DNA of 57,013 nucleotides, counting the filler, from Trypethelium eluteriae (lineage: Eukaryota), in NCBI GenBank assembly GCA_051942245.1. It is 3 parts of 3 records of this genome, joined end to end, with 100 filler letters (N's around TTAATTAATTAA, not from the genome) between each part and the next. Parts side by side here need not be neighbours in the genome. Positions count along the whole stretch, not along the records: positions 1 to 19,010 come from JAVECL010000539.1; 2 more parts are not named here. One strand, 5' to 3'. Positions 1 through 10,711 of the stretch are shown piece after piece; position 1 is the first letter of the stretch, and the number at the start of each line of letters is the position of its first letter. The notes beneath the pieces were generated by a model. The model had not been told where the DNA came from. It searched no databases and worked only from the letters and a program-made list of their open reading frames with translations. Both the position numbers and the translations under genes were made by a program.

Positions 1-566
1 GGGGAGAATATGATGGTCTTGATGATGCTGTTATCTTGGAGATTGATGCCCACGAGTTTTGGGCCGCCGTATGCTGCGGGGACCATAGTTCCGTTCGGAG
101 TTGCGGCTCGACCGGTATCAAGAACCCAGAGCCGGTCGGCAGGATCTACGACGACGGATTGGACGCCGATGAAGTAGTTCTGATAGTTGGCGCCAGTTGG
201 TGGAGTGGTCGTATAATTGATCCTACCTCCAGGGGGCGAATTGATCTCGAGGCTTGGATATGGCGTTTCGGTGTTGTTCGAATTCAATTCAGCTACGGTG
301 TACTTCAAATCGGTGGGATCAAGAGCTGGGGGATAATTGGAGAATTTCCGCCCAGAGGCAGACACGGCAATTCCTGGCTGGTGGTTAGCATTTGTTCGAT
401 TTACGGTCCTGCATCTCTTACCCGTAGGCCATTCATCATAATACAGATGCACAATTTCCACTGGCGGTCCAGCAACTCCAGGGTCAGAGAGAATAGTTTG
501 AGCTTTGGAGCCAGACAAGCTTCCGAGCCCATAGGCCACAACGATGAAGGCTTGCAGCGAAAACAT
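1..566 (-). CDS. Secreted major royal jelly protein (MRJP)/yellow-family beta-propeller protein; 5' part only, runs off the window
   Basis: ATG at 566; intron 421-374 (GTAAGA...GCTAAC...CAG). The spliced protein MFSLQAFIVVAYGLGSLSGSKAQTILSDPGVAGPPVEIVHLYYDEWPTGIAVSASGRKFSNYP...FIGVQSVVVDPADRLWVLDTG...YGGPKLVGINL has a signal peptide and the MRJP motifs PTGIAVS, VQSVVVD..DRLWVLDTG and GGPKLV. Not in the ORF track. Confidence 0.88.
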   Translation of the reverse strand, partial: MFSLQAFIVVAYGLGSLSGSKAQTILSDPGVAGPPVEIVHLYYDEWPTGKRCRTVNRTNANHQPGIAVSASGRKFSNYPPALDPTDLKYTVAELNSNNTETPYPSLEINSPPGGRINYTTTPPTGANYQNYFIGVQSVVVDPADRLWVLDTGRAATPNGTMVPAAYGGPKLVGINLQDNSIIKTIIFS

Positions 567-1429
567 GGCAAAAGCTCTTGATGATAGAAAGGAATTGAGA
601 AACCTCGTCCAAAGCGAAAATAGAAGCGAAGCATTTTGAAATGAAATAGCCGTTTATTCAACCTTTGCGACATGGTGACGACAGGTTCCTGACTAGTCAA
701 TGCTAGTGTGTGGGGAAATAATTATCGATGCAAAAGGCTCGATCATGGTTGCGGAGGTGAATCACATTCCTACTTGATCAATGACGTTATTTCTTCTTGA
801 TGAAATTGGGTTTACCAGGGGTTATGGGAGCCGTTCTGCAGCTTTCCGCACCTCGGCATTCGCATCTTTACTAGTGTTGAACTACCTAGAGCCTCTGCCG
901 TTACATAGTACATATTGCATTTGCAGGAGGAAATCGGATGGGACTATCCGTACTATGCACTGAGACTGGTTCACCCGGAGCTGTGGGAGCAAAGGTTCGG
1001 ACCGGAGACCTGCTTAGCATCTGCAGTTTTCTATTGCACCATTGTCTACCGTGTTGCACCTCGCGCTACGGTTCATGCAAGAGCGTTGGAACGGTCTTTG
1101 GGACTAATGTAGAGTAATGTGATTGAAGAGCACATATCCTGCTGAAACGCCAAGAACTTGTGTTTGTTTGTGGCGTTCACGTATTGCTGCTACATGAACT
1201 GGGAAAGTTCAAGTACAGTATGTTCAAGTACCACGTATACGAACGTATTTATTATTTCATCTTCCTCTTTTCTCTTTATTCTCGTACGTCTCGGTATGAA
1301 CGTTCCTTCTCATACTTTATATCAGTGAACCCTCGTCTTTAGCTCAAACAAGTCTGCTTCATGAAGTGTTCTCGTTTTTCAGGTCGCCACTTTCTTGAGC
1401 GTGGAGGCAGCCAGAGGAATAACAGTTTC

Positions 1430-4400
1430 TCAAATCTCCCCGAAGCTCCTGGTCCACTTCTGATATTCTATAATTGGCACGACGGTTAAGCCGAATGAAA
1501 CCGCGACACTGAGAAATATTAGATACCCACCCACTGCAGCTCTAGCGGCCGTCGGAAGAGCATTGTAACTACAGACAAAAATGCCAGCGCCGAGCAAAAA
1601 CGGGCAGAGGCAGAGCACGAACCTGACAAGCGGCTGATTCGGGGCCATCCCAGTCCCTTTTCCCTGTTGGACTCTACGACGGGTGGCGCTTGTCCCTAGA
1701 GATTTCCGATCTTACAAGTTAGAACAAACGTAGCATTAAGATATTGGATTGGCGTACCATATTCAACAAACAGATCAACAAAGTATCCAACGTTCGGTGA
1801 AAGCTGACCTGTAACGACGGAAAGCTCATGCGCGAGCCCTTCATTCACTGGGTCGTCTTGGAGGGTAATGCGGATGGGGAACTCAAAGATGGTTTGTACT
1901 GCTTTTGAGTGCTTCCTACTAACGACCATGCTCGCACCCTTCGCTGCAAAGCCATGTCGGAGATTCTGGAAACCCTCGCGATCTACGAGGAGGCATCTCG
2001 AGACAGATCCCAGATCGGTGGATCTCGAGGGCAGCTCTGCACTTGAAATTGCAGGTACTCGGATCACGTAGAGTTGGTTCCTGTCACTGGCTTTCCAGTA
2101 GAATGTTTGTGGAAGAGATGGTGAGTCTGCAAGATCATAAAAGATGGGCGGACTTGGATAAAAGCGCACGAGATGGAATCGACCGGGTTGCCGTTCAAGT
2201 ATGGGACCATCTGTTAGTTTATCACCTTCTATCTCTGAAGGAAACCAGCGATTTCGATCTTGTAAACACTCTTTTGTTGGATCCGTCAGCCGAGGCGCAT
2301 CCACGTAGAGAAGCGAAAGCGGTATATAGTAAAGCTTCGAGATCATTGCTCGTACGCGATGTTGGCTGGGAAGCTCAAGGATTTTTTGGGCGCTGAGATC
2401 GAGAATATTAGCAACGACAGCATCGACATCAGCCTTCTGCGTTGTTGACCGCTGAAGCATGGAATTCCACGCCCGGACAAGGATATGGGCATAGTAGAAC
2501 TTCTCGACCAAGGGTTGTCGAAACATGTCTTCTGAAAGCATCTTGTCCCTTTCCTCGTTGCGACCTTTCTGCCAGAGCACTGTCTCTCTCACACCCGCCA
2601 GCATCTGAGCAAAAATTCCCTGAGCAAATATGTCTTTCTTAGGGTTCCGCGGATCCTCAATGTGCGTGGAAGATGCCTGCCACTCCCTCGGAAAACGGAT
2701 CTTGGAAACATTGCAAATTCCGTCGGAGAGTTGGAATGAGCATGACTCTGCGAGACCCCCTTCCTGGAGAGTCCAACCTCTAGTGGACCACGGTGAAAAT
2801 AATACCCGTGCCAAGTTATAGATGTTCGATGAATTGACCGAGCAGCTTCTTTGTAACTCTGCGTCGAGGACAAGAGTGGCTGAAGCTGCAGCATACACAA
2901 GTCCCATTCGATTGATTGCCTTCCTTTTGAGACTTTCGATATCCAGATCAGGGCTCTGGAACTGGTTTGTCTCTGGTCTGTTCCCGCTGCAGGTCGGTCA
3001 GCAAGAGATTCGGTATGGACCTCCAGCAACGTACTCGTATGTACCCGCGCCATTAAATGGAGCTAGACCTGACTCTATGTCAGGCGACGCATTATCTTCC
3101 TTAGCGGTACGGCTACGATTAGGAATACATAATGTATCCATCCAAAAAAGACGTCGTGAGCTCTTTTTCCAAGACCGCTGTATCCATATGTCTGGGAGAG
3201 TAAGCTTTTCATCGGAGCCTGGTAGACGTTGCAAGCTGATGCTCAGCTTCCGTAGTTGGCATACAGGTAGACCGTTTGCATAGGGATTTCCAAGGCCATC
3301 CGACCATACGTGAGAGACCGCAGCGTACGGTGTCCAGCTGGCAAAGCTCGTCAGCTAAAATCTAGCAGCCAAAGAGGCTAGACACTGCGTTCGATGTCTC
3401 CGAGCCTTTGAGTTCTATTGCAGTCCATCTCAATAAGTCCTGCATCGAAGTTGAGTAGACCCGAGCAAAGGGCATGCTTGCCTGAGCAATGAGTCCTAAC
3501 TCTGTCCCCTCTTCGGTAGTAACAATGTTGTGGTGATACGATGCGCTGGCAAGCCTCGTGCGAAAAGGCATCCTAGCTGTCTTTGGAAAATTTTCTCTTC
3601 ACAGTAGTTCCATAGGAAAAAAGCGAAGGCGCTTACCCTGGGTTGCATCGGTGAACATCTACAGAGATGGAGTCACCAGCCCCTTGTTCTATCGATATCA
3701 AGGGAATCCCGCCGTCTTCTATGATCGATATTATTTCCGAGATTGGCGCAAAGACCATTTTACACCCCTGACAGCCATCGGCGTGGCGAAACTTAAAGGC
3801 TGCGGGCCTCATGTTGTAAGCAAGACATCGAGTCTGCGAACAGTTGCTGTGATCAAGCACTTTCGTAGTATGAGGAATGGTAGAAAAATAGTAGACCGCA
3901 GCATAGTCGAAAGATTGGAAGAGCTTTGTGACTTGGCTTGTACACCAACCGTTCTCGGTCAACTGGCGCCTTAGAAGAAGAGTGGCAGACGATTCTTTGC
4001 GACACCCCTCGGGAGCCGGTAGGAGACGGTTTCGTGACAGCGGTGGACATGATTCTGGGCTCGACAGCCACCAGGCTTGAAAGCGCTTGAACGAATTCAG
4101 CTCCGACCCGGAAAGCCCATCCTGCTCAGCTCTTTCTCTGGAGAACGACCTGATACTTTTCAAGGACTGGCGCACGGTTGGAATAAGACCGCACGAAAGC
4201 TTGCCTATGAGCTCTGTCTGCCGCTTATTCAAGCCAAGTAGCACGACTATGATTGAGTTCAGAGAACAGATGAGTACTTTCACAGAGAGTTGGACAGTCT
4301 GCAACAGGTGCGAGTCATAGAGTACGCAGAGCTGATCAAGTCGGTCCACCTCTGATATAGCAATTTCGAGGCATCTGTGTATGTGTGACAAAGCTGACTT

Positions 4401-4763
4401 TCGCCGATCCGCTGGAAGTTGTAGCAGGCTTTCGATGCGCTCATCTATCAAACGTGGTAGAGATGCAGAGGAGAGAACATAGATACGCTCTTCGACCCCA
4501 GTATTCTTGATGAACTGCTTCCAGGACGAACTCAGATCAAGTGCTTCATCGAGGAGGCCAAAATACAGCCAAGACTGCATCAGAGCTGCAAGCTCTTCCG
4601 CATTGGAGTGCTCGATCTGGTCATCATTCCTGGATTCGCAATAATCCTTAAAGCTTTTCAAGTTCTGCGAGTCGTCTTCACAGCAGTTATCTTTGCATAC
4701 GAATGGAACCTCGATTCTCTTCACAGCAGGCCGGCTGGGGTCTAAAAGTTCGACATGGTCCAT
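1430..4763 (-). CDS. Heterokaryon-incompatibility (HET) domain protein with two C-terminal transmembrane helices, about 979 aa, 4 exons
   Basis: Exons 4763-3637, 3337-3035, 2986-1758 and 1710-1430 join in frame through GT-AG introns. HET motifs: YAAVSHVWSDGLGNP..NGLP.CQL, FWMDTLCIP, RKAINRMGLVYAAASATLVLDAEL and SPWSTRGWTLQEG. The N-terminal region has QSWLYFGLL and a His/Cys cluster; the last exon encodes two hydrophobic helices. Confidence 0.88.
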
Positions 4764-6228
4764 TGATGTAGAGAGACCCTAGGCCATTAGACTTGCGGCG
4801 ACATGCTTTCCCATCATTGCACTGGACCTTGACAAGATATTGGTGATCAAGAGTAAAATCATCAAACCGAAGGATATCTGTAAGATTTGTAGGTTGAAGC
4901 TTTGTCGCCTCGAAGGGGCGAGGAGAGCAGGTCGCAGCCTGCAACTGTGACGGAATGAAAAGCAAAAATGGCATGGTCTGTGTTTCGCTGGTGGGCGGCT
5001 ATACTTTTCAGCTATGCACGATGCAACTCCACACAGCGGCTACCAGGGGTAAGCCCAAAAGAATTGCTAGAACTGCTTACCCAAGACAGACAGCCCTCTC
5101 GTCCTTGGAATTGATTGCCTCATCACCACTAGGCTACTCACCTTGTAACGTAACTTGACCCGCCGTCACACTGTTCAGATCGATGTGCCCGGGACAGCGT
5201 ACGAACACCGAAGCTTCAGAGGAACAGGGGCAGCCAACCAGGGAGTGAGTCCCAGGGGTTGGAGGGACAAGAGGAGCTGCCCCACAGGTCCCCGGAGTGT
5301 GGAAGGTCGGGAGATGATATGAGCTTCTTGAAGACATGATTGGAGAAATAGACGGGAGCTTGCATAAGGAAAGTCCTTAACCTTGACAGGGTTAGCAGGA
5401 AAAGAAACGAAAGCGACCCTCTCGGAAGATCTGAGGCTAGACAGTGAAGAGATGGGAAGAAAGCACTCTAATATTCATTCATTTCCAATAAGGAAAAGAG
5501 TCGAACTTGTTGCAGACCTCTTGAAGTAATTCCAAGTCGAGCTCTCAGTCCTCTATCCTAGAGCTCGCAATAGATTTTCGGTCGCTCAAAGGCAGCCTAC
5601 AGGGCGCGTGCTCGACCCGCCCTACCCCTTACGTCAGCGTGGCCGCACCTACGGGTACGAAGCTGATGGCTCTGTGGAGCCCTGATAATGCATTCGAAAT
5701 ATCGAAATTGGAGACTTTATGATATTCTACGAGTCCAGCATTGATGAGGTTGACTGCACTAACCAATTATGTATAGTACGACATTGGTGTACCATATTTT
5801 GAAGCACTTAGTGTCATCTAGTTCCCGCGCATTCCAAAGAGATGAAGGGACGATAGGTGCAGATACCGTACCTTGCGAGTGTTGTTATCGACTTGAACGC
5901 ACGTAAATTGGACTATGTCGAAGGCTGGTTAGATTGTATCGTCATTACTCGTTCGAAGACAGCATGAGGATACTCTCACAATACGAACGCGCCTTCATTT
6001 CATCAGGCTTTGGAGAAGAATGATGTCAAGTGTTTGGAATTCTTTATTTTCCAATCTAGACATGTCCTTCCGCAAGGACAACATATCTATGTATTGCCCA
6101 CATGCTGGTTGCAAAAGGCACCCAGTGCCACATTGCTTTCCGTGAAGCGCCGACGCTGAACGCTCCAATCACCAAAATCTTTGTACCTGATATCGAGAAA
6201 GCCATCATCATGAAGCCCATCCACCTTA

Positions 6229-8518
6229 CTAGAAACTATACAATCTCACTTCACAGTCTTCACTCCCTGTCGCCATTCTCCTATCGCTCAACCCGACACA
6301 TGTCACCGGGCCAGCATGGCCCGTAAATGTCCGCTCGCAGACACCGGTCCGTGGCTCCCAAACTTTGACCATGCGATCTTCAGAACCGCTGACAATTCGT
6401 AGCGTATCTGCCGCCATGGCCCAGATGCCTTCGACGTGGCCAAAAAAGGTCTTGATATCCCGTCCGGTCCAGATATCCCAGAGCTTGATGGTGTTATCGA
6501 GGGCACCAGTCAGCATGTAGCGCGGTGGTGGGGGACGAGAAGATGTGGACAAGCAGTCTGGTTTGGAAATGACGTAAGTTGCAGATGGACAAACATCTAG
6601 ATCTTGAAGAGTATTTTTAGGCGTCGGGTTGAGGACATAGGTAGCTGAAGGGCAAACGTCAACGCCATGTGGGTCCTGCTCGCCATGGGAGGGCGTGAAG
6701 TAAAATGAAAAGTTGTTTGTCTGGTCTTGATTTGGACCATCTGTAGGGAAACAGGATTCGTCGGGCTCAAACTCAGCAGGCATGATGAGAACTTGCTGTA
6801 CCTGACCAACGTGCCCTTCATACTTCTTGAGACACTGCCGTGTATCGAGATCCCAAAGACGAATAGTGCGATCATCGGAGGCGGAAATGAGAGTTCGCGA
6901 GGCAGCGTCTACCTTGACAGCGTTGACCCAGTCTTCATGGCCTCGAAGGAGAAAGCTTGATTTGTCCTGGAAGTCCCATACCCGGATTGTGTTGTCGATG
7001 GAGCCCGATACCAGGAAATTGCCATCAAAATGCAAACCGATGACTCCGGCGGTGTGTCCAGTTAATGTGCGAATACATTCACCTGTCCTCCAGTTCCACA
7101 CCTTGATAGTATTATCCAAACTCCCGCTTATGAGTTTAGAATCATCAAATTGCAGGCACCTGATCCCGCTCGTGTGACCAGAAAGCGTACGAATCTCTTG
7201 ACCGGACTCAATGCCCCATATTTTGATCGTAGCATCGTATGATCCCGTGGCGAGGATATTGTCGTCGAATTGCAAACACATAACTCCGTTGCTATGACCT
7301 TTGAAGATTTTGGTGGAGCATCGCCCATATTTCCAATTGGTTCCAACTTTGAATCGGTCCTTATATACGTCTTTCCAAGGTCTGACTCGTGGTTTGAAAT
7401 ACGAATCATCTTTTTCTTCTCTGATCGATTTCGTGCACACCTTTTTCACCATAGACTCCTGTCCTGTCATAGTATAAGCTGATCTTTTCTCGCCTGTAGA
7501 CGGCTCTTGATCTGATAGGCTAGCGCTTCGTTCTCGATCTTGTGGGGCTACGGGTTCAATACCAGGTGTGGGATAGGGCGTGATATTTGGTGACCATTCG
7601 TTCAAGCCTCTGCCTGTAGCTCGCAATTGAATTTGTCTTTTTTCAGTTCGCAGTCGCTTCCTTTCCAGGAGCGGTAGTCCCCAGCCACATTTGGTACACT
7701 TCCGGTCAATATGCTGCTCACACATCTTATGCCATACTACATCATCATCAGCCAGGGCTCTCCAGCGTTGGCTGACTTGAGCCGCCTTGCAGAGCGATGT
7801 TGTGTCGAGGTAGCAAAGTATCTTGAATCCAAGCTCAGGAGGTAGAGCTGAGAGGAAATCAATCTTGATCAGGTCGCGGACAGAGGCGGATATAAACGAG
7901 AGCTGAGGGAAGCAACATTGGGCCAAGATGCCTTGAAGCATTAAATTGCGATGTTTCGACGGTGAGGCAGAGAATAATGACCAGACGTGCGCGATGCCTT
8001 GCTGATCTGATTGCGACAATGCTCCAAGTTCCTGTCAAGAAGGTTAGCTCATGATTCCGGATTAGATATGATTCTGGTTGACGCACATTTTGCAGTTGTT
8101 CCATAGAAGGCTCATTAGCCTGCCTCCGACATTTGAGGTCGGGTCGATGGCGATAACAGTACTTAGTGTTCGTATTATTTTGAACCACCGGCGGGGATTT
8201 TGAGGACTCTGGTGGTCGATTGAAGGGGTTATATTGCTCTGGAATATGTTCTGCGAGGAAGGGCGCCACCATTTGCCCAGCGTGCTTGCTCGTCGACGAG
8301 ATCGCGATATTGTGATCTTTCAAGGCAGCATAACCATCAAATCGCTCTTGACCACTTAAAATTCGTGGTAAACGTCCTTCCCCAAAATCCTCGTCGCGGG
8401 GGGTGGTGCTGGTACCGACGAGGGCCATGTCTTGGGAGTGCGGACGCAACGAAAGGTGGCGGGCATTGGATGAGTAAAGCTTATGGGATGAGGTACTGAA
8501 GGGCGAATTTGACGCCAT
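6229..8518 (-). CDS. sconB: F-box/WD40 sulfur metabolite repression control protein (SconB/SCON-2/Met30), SCF substrate adaptor
   Basis: Intron 8086-8032. Contains [22 protein letters not shown], the F-box [42 protein letters not shown] and WD40 repeats ending [14 protein letters not shown]. The start may be the ATG at 8428 rather than 8518. Confidence 0.96.
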
Positions 8519-8845
8519 CTTTTGTGCGCAGCGATTTCACGGTTTCGGGCATCGAAACAGCTTACCTGAGCTTTTTGCATCATGAGGAGCGACCAGGACT
8601 AGATTGCGTGACTTGATGTTGCGCCACGAATCGGTCAATCTGGCCGGATTTCCGCCGACCGCTCTTAGGCTGCTTAGTGTCCCTTTCCCCAGATTTCCGG
8701 GCATTCGGGCCGTCATCCGATCAGACCATGCGTGTGGTGCATCACTGCATGCCGTAAGAGCCTCGTGTGCCCCTCGAGCTTCTGCAGAGCCGTGTTATTG
8801 ACTACATCTGCTGCCAGTCCAAGACTCAGTGCATCTTCCGGCACG
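8509..8845. promoter_or_regulatory. Short divergent promoter between sconB and ATG17 with candidate CYS-3/MetR bZIP sites
   Basis: Head-to-head genes about 330 bp apart. TTGACGCCAT (8509-8518; ATGGCGTCAA on minus) and GTTGCGCCAC (8618-8627) resemble the CYS-3 consensus ATGRYRYCAT. Confidence 0.4.
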
Positions 8846-10467
8846 ATGATGTCGTCTCTGACACTTCCGCAACCCGAGGCGCCTACCGTGTCCCATTCAT
8901 CTTCCAAGTCGAGCCTTAGCGAGCCTCCCCCTCTGCTGGAGAGACTGGTTTCCCATTTCCTGGTTGCTAAGAGGGCGCTCGCCTCCACTGGCCAGGTTTG
9001 GAGAGCCAATGAGATCGTTACAACGGCTCGAGCTTCTATAGAGGCGAACGCTATCTTTCGTGCAAAGAACACTTTCCTCCGCCAGAGCCTTCATCAGCAG
9101 CTTGATGCACTGAGAGCTGTCCAGTATGGCATTGAACAAGTTGGACAAGATGCTCAATCTGATCTCAAGGTATTTTGTGGGTGCTGTTGTCATTGTACAT
9201 GCTAAGCTTTCTATGTAGACGACTGTTGCCGCCGTTGATGCTGCCCATACCCGCTTGCAAGGAACACTCGCCAGTTTGCGTGATACAGTTGTGGCACCTT
9301 CGTTGCAGCCGCTGGAAACGCCACACAAGACACTTCATTCTTTCGTTGACGAAGCTCCCATCTCTGATTTGAGCAATGGCATTCGCCGAAACATTGATAA
9401 TTACAAGGATGCATCTGCCACTCTGTCGGATACGCTTGAGAGTTTTGCAACTTCGTTGGATTATATTGAGGGACATCTTCCATCGTCCAGCGTGGTGAAC
9501 GGCCACTCACACTTGCATGAAATGGATGAGGATCCAGACTCACTGATACCCCACTTGTACAGATCACTCGAAACACATGCAACCGAGATGGCAGAGTCCT
9601 TACAGAGTCTAGTCAAGCACTACGACCTCTGCGTAACAGCCTTGAAGCATACTGAAGGTGGAGGCGAAGCTGCCCGGCAAGCCGCCGAGGCTCAAAACAA
9701 GACAGCTCGCACAGAGGCAGAAGACGGACAAGCCTCCCCCACCGTCAGTGTAGGCTCACTGCACATTGACGCTCCACCTTCACCCATGACCGACGAGGAA
9801 CGTCAAGAGATGGTGCAGGTACTCGACTCGGACGCGGCAGAGGTGGATGACGTAGTAAGTGAGATTGGGGAACACAGCGCAGCAATGGAACAGAAACTCG
9901 GGCAAATCACCCATCATGTGGAAAGCCTAGAGACTGAGCACGCTTCTCTCCGTCAGGGTCTGAAATTGATGGCAAATATTTGTGCAGAAACTCCCGGGTA
10001 TGTAACCGCAAGTGGGGAATTTTTAGCTCAGTGGGAAGAGGAAAAGTCGAGCATCAGAGAGAAGATGGATGAACTCGACGGGTTGAGCGAATTCTACGAG
10101 GGCTTCTTGCGAGCCTATGACGGCCTAATACTAGAAGTAGCTCGTCGAAAGAAGGTAAAAGAAAAGATGCTTAGAATTGCGCGAGAAGCCAAAAGCAAAA
10201 TCCAGAAGTTGTACCAAGGTAGGTCTGCTTCAGCTCTTGCACAGTCTAGCAAATCTTATTGACAAACACCTTGAAGACGACGTAGAAGAGCGCGAAGCTT
10301 TTCGCGCCGATCACGGGGAATATCTCCCTAGCGATATTTGGCCGGGACTGGTGGCCACACCCAGCAGGCTCGAAATTCGGGCCGTAGATGATGACGAAGG
10401 AAGCATACCCGAGTTATCTAAGGATACGATCGAACTGGCTATACGGAGGACGAGAAGAAGCTTTTAA
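8846..10467 (+). CDS. ATG17: Autophagy-related protein 17 (Atg1 kinase activator/scaffold)
   Basis: Introns 9170-9218 and 10219-10276. Motifs LVSHFLVAKRALAS...VWRANEIV, KTLHSFVDE, HATEMAESLQSLVKHYDLCVTALKHTEGG, FYEGFLRAYDGLILEVARR and HGEYLPSDIWPGL. Confidence 0.95.
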
Positions 10468-10711
10468 ATATCACATCGTCAGTTTGCAATTTCAAAGGCT
10501 CATCGGAAGGTTTTGCAATTGCCGCCATCTTCAGTGCTCTCTTTAGAGTCAATCAATAATAGCTCAGTGATGCTCGAATAAACCACGAGGTTATGTAACG
10601 AGACAAAACCATCTATGGCCAAGGGCCGATTTTGTTCATCATGGAAGGCTTCTAATTTAGGACTGTGCATACCTGGGTCTTTCTCTTAGAGTGGTGTAGC
10701 CTCAAAAATAA

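Noticed and set aside
36..581. 181-aa plus-strand ORF
   Set aside because: Antisense shadow of the MRJP gene.
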